Shown here: positions 58,158 to 64,000 of the stretch, piece after piece
Layout: the number at the start of each line of letters is the position of its first letter
Numbering within the stretch: position 1 is the stretch's first letter
Origin: an uncultured Methylomirabilota bacterium
GTDB taxonomy: Bacteria; Methylomirabilota; Methylomirabilia; Methylomirabilales; 2-02-FULL-66-22
Assembly (NCBI GenBank): GCA_963845565.1
Contig: CAWJSJ010000002.1
Coordinates: 1,312,001 to 1,376,000 of the forward strand
Direction: 5' to 3'
Length of the DNA: 64,000 nucleotides
Program-made: the position numbers and the translations under genes
The notes under the pieces: generated by a model
Told to the model about the DNA's origin: nothing
The model's input: the letters and a program-made list of their open reading frames with translations, nothing else
The model's database searches: none

Positions 58158-59155
58158 CCGGGTCGGAGCCCGGCGTGATCGTGGCCGTGGATGTGGGGGG
58201 CACCGGATTCGCCGGCGGTCTCGTGGATCCGTCCGGTGGGATCGTGAGTTCCCGAACGGTGGCCGCGCATCGGTTCGGGCGCGGGGACGGGATCCTGAAG
58301 AACCTGCTGGAGCTCGTGGCTGGCCTGGAGGACGAGGCCCAGCGCGCCGATCTGCCGGTGCGCGGAATTGGTGTCGGCGTCCCGGGGGCGGTGGAGGAAA
58401 CGACCGGGCGGATCGGTCCCGACATCCAGAACCTCCCGGAATTGGGAAACATCCCTCTTCGATCCGTGCTCCAGGAGCGTACGGGCCTTCGCGTGGCGGT
58501 AGACAACGACGTGAACGCGCTCTCCCTGGCGGAGTGGACTTTCGGCCAGGCGACCGGGCTTCGCAATGTGGCCATGGTCGCTGTGGGGACGGGCGTGGGC
58601 GGCGGCCTGATCCTCAACGGCGCGCTGGTCCGGGGGGCCGGCGGTTATGCGGGAGAGGTGGGTCACATTCCCGTGGAGCTGGACGGCCGTCGTTGCTTCT
58701 GCGGGAGCCGGGGGTGCGTGAAGGCGTATGCCTCCGGTCCCGATATCGTGGCCCAGGTGCGGGACCTGCTCGCCGACCAGCCGTCCGCCGTCTTTGATTC
58801 GCTGACCGGGGGGGACCAGTCCCGCATCGATCCGCCCCTCGTCTTCCGCGCCGCTGATCGGGGTGATCCGGTGGCGGAAGCTGTGGTGGCGAAGGCGGCA
58901 CAGGCGCTGGGGGCCGGCGTTGCCGCACTCGTCAACCTGTGCAACCCGGAGATGATCATCCTGGGCGGCGGGGTGATGGAGGCGGGCGAGATCTTGGTGG
59001 AGCCTGTGCGACGCTGGGCGCGCTTCTACGCCTTCGAGCGTGCTGTGGCCAAGACGCGGATCGTCCGGTCCGGCCTCTCCAAGGCATCCGGGGTCCTGGG
59101 CGCCGCAGCCCTGTTCCTTTACGAAGCGCGGCGTCGAGGCGAAGTGTGCTCTTGA
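58154..59155 (+). CDS. ROK family sugar kinase
   Basis: DVGGT, DNDVN, GTGVGGG, GEVGH, CFCGSRGC; no HTH. Confidence 0.93.
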   Translation: MTGSEPGVIVAVDVGGTGFAGGLVDPSGGIVSSRTVAAHRFGRGDGILKNLLELVAGLEDEAQRADLPVRGIGVGVPGAVEETTGRIGPDIQNLPELGNIPLRSVLQERTGLRVAVDNDVNALSLAEWTFGQATGLRNVAMVAVGTGVGGGLILNGALVRGAGGYAGEVGHIPVELDGRRCFCGSRGCVKAYASGPDIVAQVRDLLADQPSAVFDSLTGGDQSRIDPPLVFRAADRGDPVAEAVVAKAAQALGAGVAALVNLCNPEMIILGGGVMEAGEILVEPVRRWARFYAFERAVAKTRIVRSGLSKASGVLGAAALFLYEARRRGEVCS

Positions 59156-59254
59156 CGACGACGGGTAATCGCGCGATCCTCGGAGGAAGAAACGAGGTGT
59201 CGTTCGTCCTCCGCTTCCCGAGAGGGAGGGGGTTTGAAAAAGGAGCGAGGTGCC

Positions 59255-60970
59255 ATGGACGTCTGGCGTGTCAACCTGCGTGAACAGTCGTTGAAGCGAG
59301 AGCCCGTCCCGGAAACGTGGGAACGTTTGGGTGGGCGCGGGCTGTCGGCCCGCATCCTGCTGGACGAGGTGCCCGCGACCTGCGAGCCGCTCGGACGGCA
59401 CAACAAGCTGGTGCTGGCGCCCGGCCTGATCGTGGGCCACATGCTCTCGAGTTGCGACCGGCTGTCGTTCGGAGCCAAGAGCCCCATGACCCGCGGTGTC
59501 AAAGAGGCGAACGCGGGCGGCTCCACCGGGCTTCACATGACCAATCTGGGGATGAAGGCGTTGATTCTTGAAGACCAGTGCGCCACGGATGGCACTGCGC
59601 GGTCGGGGTGGTGGGTGCTCCATCTCAGCCTGGCGGGCGCGCGATTCGAGCCGGCGGACGACGTGGCCGGCCTGGGGGTCCACGAGGCGGCGCCTAGGCT
59701 TCTGAAGCGGTACGGCGACAAGGTGGCCATCGCGCTGATCGGGCCGGCGGGCGAGATGTTGCTCTCGGCGGCCGGGATCCAGAACCTGGACAAGGATCGG
59801 GTGCCCTCGCGCATCGCGGCCCGCGGGGGACTGGGTGCGGTGATGGGATCGAAGCGCCTCAAGGCCATCGTCTTCGACGATACGGGTGGGAAGAAGCCGG
59901 CCATCGCCAACCGGGAAGCGTTCAAGGCGGCGCAGAAACTCTTCACGAACAACACGCTGGCGCATCCCCAGACCAAGACCTACCAGGAGTACGGCACGCC
60001 CGCCATGGTGCGGACGTGCAACGCGTTCGGCGGTCTGCCGACGCGGAATTTCAGCAGCGGCCAGTTCGAGGGGGCCGAGACGATCAGTGGGGAGACCATG
60101 CGCGACCTGCTCCTCAAGCGGGGCGGGGAGAGCGAGACGACCCACGCCTGCATGGCCGGCTGCGTCATCCAGTGCTCCAACACCTATGGTGGTGAGGACG
60201 GCAAGGCGATCGTCTCGCCGCTGGAGTATGAGACGATCGGCCTCCTCGGATCGAATCTGGGGATCGCCGACCTGGACACCATCGCCCGGCTGAACTGGGA
60301 GGTGAGCGACCTCGGGCTGGACACCATTGATATGGGCGCCGCGCTGGGCGTCGCTGCCGAGGCGGGGTTGATGGAGTTCGGCGACGGCGAGCGAGGGCTG
60401 CAGCTCCTGGCGGAGATTCGCAAGGGCACGCCGCTGGGGCGAATCCTGGGGCACGGAGCGGCGATGGCGGGGCGGGTGCTCGGCGTCCTGCGGGTGCCTG
60501 TGGTCAAGGGGCAGGCCATGTCGGCCTACGAGCCGCGCGCCATCAAGGGGACGGGCACGACCTATGTGACCTCGCCGCAGGGGGCGGACCACACCGCGGG
60601 GAACACCGTCCGGGCCAAGGTGGATCATCTGGACGCCAAGGCGAATATCGCGACGTCGCGGGCGGCGCAGATCAACATGGCAGGCTTCGACACGCTGGGC
60701 GCGTGCATCTTCGCCGGCTTCGGGTTCAACGTGAACCCCGAGGTGATTCCGGACATCTTGAACGCCCGCTACGGGTGGCAGGTGGGCGCCGATATCCTGC
60801 AGGTGCTGGGAAAAGAAACGATCACACTGGAGCGAGAGTTCAACCGGCGGGCGGGCTTCACCGCCGCGGACGACCGGATTCCCGAGTACATGCGGACCGA
60901 GCCGCTCCCACCGCACAATGCGGTGTACGACGCCTCGGACGCGGATCTGGATAGCGTGTTCAATTGGTAG
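59255..60970 (+). CDS. Aldehyde:ferredoxin oxidoreductase family (W/Mo-pterin) protein
   Basis: AKSPMT..KEANAGG, ARGGLGAVMGSKRLKAI, CMAGCVIQC, EYET, GLDTI. Confidence 0.93.
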   Translation: MDVWRVNLREQSLKREPVPETWERLGGRGLSARILLDEVPATCEPLGRHNKLVLAPGLIVGHMLSSCDRLSFGAKSPMTRGVKEANAGGSTGLHMTNLGMKALILEDQCATDGTARSGWWVLHLSLAGARFEPADDVAGLGVHEAAPRLLKRYGDKVAIALIGPAGEMLLSAAGIQNLDKDRVPSRIAARGGLGAVMGSKRLKAIVFDDTGGKKPAIANREAFKAAQKLFTNNTLAHPQTKTYQEYGTPAMVRTCNAFGGLPTRNFSSGQFEGAETISGETMRDLLLKRGGESETTHACMAGCVIQCSNTYGGEDGKAIVSPLEYETIGLLGSNLGIADLDTIARLNWEVSDLGLDTIDMGAALGVAAEAGLMEFGDGERGLQLLAEIRKGTPLGRILGHGAAMAGRVLGVLRVPVVKGQAMSAYEPRAIKGTGTTYVTSPQGADHTAGNTVRAKVDHLDAKANIATSRAAQINMAGFDTLGACIFAGFGFNVNPEVIPDILNARYGWQVGADILQVLGKETITLEREFNRRAGFTAADDRIPEYMRTEPLPPHNAVYDASDADLDSVFNW

Positions 60971-61212
60971 TCACCGTTTATCTGCACACCACACTGCAAC
61001 GACGGACGGCGGCGGGAGCGCTACGGCGTCTTGACGTGGCGCTCCCGGACGCGAGCACGCTCGCCGAATTGCTGGATCATGTAGCGGTTCCCCGCAATGA
61101 CGAGTCCATCCTGCTGGTGGTGAATGGCCGCCAGGCCGTCGAGGCTCAGGTCCTGACGAACGGCGACGAAGTCCATCTGATCCCCGCCCTCTCCGGGGGC
61201 GCGCCCGTCTGA
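60964..61212 (+). CDS. MoaD/ThiS family ubiquitin-like protein
   Basis: LLVVNG...LTNGDEVHLIPALSGG-APV; coupled to the AOR gene. Confidence 0.85.
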   Translation: MVVTVYLHTTLQRRTAAGALRRLDVALPDASTLAELLDHVAVPRNDESILLVVNGRQAVEAQVLTNGDEVHLIPALSGGAPV

Positions 61213-61577
61213 TTCCGACCGATCTATCCGCCGCATCGGCATTGCGCTGTTTCCCAAAAAACGGCAGTCCGGGTGACGGCCTGCCGGTAATGGTGTGCGA
61301 ATTCCTGCGGAAACACCCCGTCGATTATTCTCGTCGCTTTCCAGAGTCCATCCCCTCGACCGCCGTGCGACTCAATGAATACAATCTATTGGACGAGCGT
61401 CGTTTATACAGATGTTGGCGATGCGCCCCTCAAGCGCACGCCGGTTCGGTTCTTGCAAACCTTATTGGTCGTAATTTGATTGACAGCCAAACGTATGTAT
61501 GGTATTCAGAGAGGTATCGAGGACGCCGTAAAGGAGAACAGGCGCCTGGCTCGCGTCAGAGAGAGGGGAGGACAAAC

Positions 61578-61868
61578 ATGGGGACTGTGCTGAAAGCGCC
61601 GATAACCAGAACACGTCGGAAGGTTTCGAACGCGCACGATGTCACGGACCTCGAATCGCTCATCATTGCCATGGGTAAGCGGCTGCAGGCGGAGTACATC
61701 GAAGGGGCCATCCCGTACTTCCGACAGCGAGAGCCGGAGTTGTGGGCGAAGCTGGAGGTCCTGGATCGAGAGGAATCGCTGGAGGCGCTTCTGGAATACG
61801 AGCGGCTCTTCTTCGAGGGACTCCATCGGTACGTGACCTTCTTGAGCGGGGAACGAAAGGCGGCCTAA
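61578..61868 (+). CDS. Hypothetical protein (96 aa)
   Basis: GGAGG RBS; TTGACA-N17-TATTCA promoter at 61480-61508; coding-like composition. Confidence 0.65.
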   Translation: MGTVLKAPITRTRRKVSNAHDVTDLESLIIAMGKRLQAEYIEGAIPYFRQREPELWAKLEVLDREESLEALLEYERLFFEGLHRYVTFLSGERKAA

Positions 61869-61891
61869 GCCGTTGTCATTCGTAACGGCTC
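61869..61891. mobile_element. Repeat family B, internally deleted 23-bp derivative
   Basis: CTAA-GCCGTTGTCA|TTCGTAACGGCTC-CCAA = left and right ends of copy 1 fused. Confidence 0.65.
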
Positions 61892-62136
61892 CCAACGTCC
61901 GCGCATCGTACCGGGCGCGGCGCTCGATTCCGAATTCCCTGGTGCGTCCCGGCCCTCTGCCGTTTTCGGTTGGTCGCATCTGACCTGACCGGACCGAGTC
62001 TCACCGAATTCCCCAATCTTCCTCGTTCGTTCCGATTCACCACGGCAGCAGTTGAATCCCGCGGAGGGGTTTGCTACTCTCGCCGCGCCATGCCACAGGA
62101 CATCCTTGCCAGTTCGCATCCCGACCCGCGGTTGCC

Positions 62137-63447
62137 ATGACACCCGATCGCGATGGCGTGCGCCATCAACCGAGCGAGTTGCGGCAGCGCTGGGGTCTGG
62201 TGGCGGCGGGTGCGACCCTGATGGCGATCTCCTCGGGTGTCTGGTACACCGCCTCCGTCTTCTTCGTGGCTCTCATCCAGGAGTTCAAGTCAGATTACGC
62301 GTCCACGGCGGGCATCTTTTCCCTTTTTACCGTCCTGTACGGCATCTGGGGCATCCTGGCGGGCTCGCTCCTCGACCGCCTCGGCCCGCGGCGCGTGATC
62401 GTGGCTGGCGGCATCCTCTTACCCTTGGCCCTGGCGAGCAGCGGCTTGGCCACCAGCATCCCCCACCTGTACCTGACGCACGGCGTTCTTACTCCCCTCG
62501 GGCTTTCCCTCATGGGGTATGTCCCGGTCTCGGTTCTGATCACCAGAAGCTTCGTCGCGCGACGGGGTCTCGCCCTTGGCTTCGCTTCCGCAGGGGTGGG
62601 CGTGGGGATTCTGGTGGTGGTTCCACTGACGCAACTGCTCATCGATCGGGCCGGCTGGCGGGTGGCGTACTTTGGGCTAGCGGTGATCGCGCTCGGCGTG
62701 ATTCTCCCGATCGGCCTTCTTGCCTTGCGGGGTGGCCGGATACCCCAGCAGGAGGCACCCGGCTGCGGCCTGGGCGTCGGATCTGTGCCGTCCACGCCGG
62801 GCGTCGGTCGGGAATGGACACTGGCGGCGGCGCTCCGCAGCCGAGAGTTCTGGCTGGTCACCGCCGCATTCACCTGCTTGAACAGTCCGAATCAGCTCGT
62901 CCTGACACACCACGTCGCCCACCTCGTCGAGGCAGGCCAAACCAAGATTCTGGTGGCGGGAATCGTGGGGCTGGTGGGTCTGGTCAGTATCCCGGGGAAA
63001 ATCCTGTGGGGGTATCTCGCCGACCGGTGGTGGCCGGAGTGGATCTATTTGACGGGGTGCACGTTTGTGGTGGCCGGGATCACCGTCCTGCTGGGTATCG
63101 GTCCCGCCTCCCCTTTCTGGCACCTGTATCTTTACGCTGTGCTTATGGGGGTGGGGTACTCGGTGTCGCCGGCCATGACCCCGATCATGTGCGGGCTCTT
63201 CTTTGGCGGCCCCCACTTCGGGGTCATCTTCGGGGCGCTCAACATGCTGTACCACGCCGGCGGCGCCTCCGGGGTCTGGCTAGCCGGATACGCCCACGAT
63301 CTTACGGGGAACTACCGCCTCCCGTTCTCGGCCTCCATTGTCAGCGTGACTGCCGCGGTGTTTCTGGTCTGGCTGGTTGCTCCTCGACGGCTGCCCGTGC
63401 GGGGTGCGGAGCGCCAAGCGCCGAAACAGGCGGCGACGACCCAATAG
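62137..63447 (+). CDS. MFS transporter (OFA/MCT-like)
   Basis: About 12 TM segments; GSLLDRLGPRR, RRGLALG, GYLADR. Confidence 0.92.
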   Translation: MTPDRDGVRHQPSELRQRWGLVAAGATLMAISSGVWYTASVFFVALIQEFKSDYASTAGIFSLFTVLYGIWGILAGSLLDRLGPRRVIVAGGILLPLALASSGLATSIPHLYLTHGVLTPLGLSLMGYVPVSVLITRSFVARRGLALGFASAGVGVGILVVVPLTQLLIDRAGWRVAYFGLAVIALGVILPIGLLALRGGRIPQQEAPGCGLGVGSVPSTPGVGREWTLAAALRSREFWLVTAAFTCLNSPNQLVLTHHVAHLVEAGQTKILVAGIVGLVGLVSIPGKILWGYLADRWWPEWIYLTGCTFVVAGITVLLGIGPASPFWHLYLYAVLMGVGYSVSPAMTPIMCGLFFGGPHFGVIFGALNMLYHAGGASGVWLAGYAHDLTGNYRLPFSASIVSVTAAVFLVWLVAPRRLPVRGAERQAPKQAATTQ

Positions 63448-63542
63448 CCAGCAACGGAGAATCCGTCAGCGTCCCGGCCATCCCATTGACCGGTCTGGCC
63501 GCATCGGTTGTCGGTTTTACCTCCCCGATGCCCTGGCGAATC

Positions 63543-63893
63543 TCAGGTAGTGGGGATGGGCATGGATTCCCGCGCGCGGTCCGCCTTGGCGGCCAGGTAG
63601 AAGTCGCTCTCGGTCAGGCCGTTGATCTTGTGGGTCCAGATCTCGACCTTGCACGTGCCCCAGGCGACGTAAAGATCCGGATGGTGACCTTCTTCCTCGG
63701 CGATGGCGCCGACCTTGTTGGCGAACTCCAGCGCTCGAGCGAAATCCGGAAAACTGTATGCGCGCTCCAGATGCCCCTGCGGATTCACGTGCCATCCGGC
63801 CTTGAGCTGGTAAAGTAACTCCTGGACCTTCGGCCACTCCATCGAGGGGACGCCGCCCCGGCAGGGAACGCACTTCTTCTCCGCGAGACTCAT
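63543..63893 (-). CDS. phhB: Pterin-4-alpha-carbinolamine dehydratase
   Basis: [36 protein letters not shown]. Confidence 0.93.
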   Translation of the reverse strand: MSLAEKKCVPCRGGVPSMEWPKVQELLYQLKAGWHVNPQGHLERAYSFPDFARALEFANKVGAIAEEEGHHPDLYVAWGTCKVEIWTHKINGLTESDFYLAAKADRARESMPIPTT

Positions 63894-64000
63894 GTTCCAT
63901 CCTCCATTCACTTGGGCGGTTTGTGGTGACGGATCATCATACCGCGCGAAGCGGCCCCGGTGAAGCCTGGTATCCGGGCCGGGTCGCCTGCCGGACGTGC

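Overview
GC-rich bacterial chromosomal window. Gene style and the intergenic repeat are compatible with a Methylomirabilota (NC10/Rokubacteria)-like genome, but this is inference only. 1-23 kb is mostly housekeeping: an M20 peptidase/LysR/DcuC/amidohydrolase module, purM, metG, ricT, holB, tmk, selA, a zinc-ribbon protein, moaC, rfaE2-like, mfd and two parvulin PPIases. 23-59 kb is a long catabolic/transport tract: 3 TRAP systems, 2 NitT/TauT-type ABC systems, 2 paralogous GntR regulators, nagA-like, SIS, a TPP-dependent E1 alpha/beta pair without E2/E3, Zn-dehydrogenase, cyclase, a divergent PdxA-like enzyme, SDRs, AKR, TIM-barrel isomerases, YdjC and ROK. It is followed by an aldehyde:ferredoxin oxidoreductase with a MoaD-like partner, an MFS transporter and phhB. 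Intergenic DNA holds at least three dispersed non-coding repeat families (7 copies of a ~125-170 bp MITE-like element, 3 copies of a second one, and a nested mini-hairpin) plus periodic 6-9-mer repeat hairpins. The best leads are (i) an unassigned promoter-leader-terminator (riboswitch-like) element upstream of a secreted TIM-barrel protein, (ii) a kinase-less PdxA-like enzyme with altered substrate-binding motifs in an uncharacterised catabolic operon, (iii) stacked and nested CTAA-flanked MITEs that rewrite gene ends, and (iv) duplicated GntR regulators with diverged operators. About 13 single-base frameshifts between 24 and 54 kb are probably sequencing errors. No rRNA, tRNA, CRISPR array or transposase was recognised.
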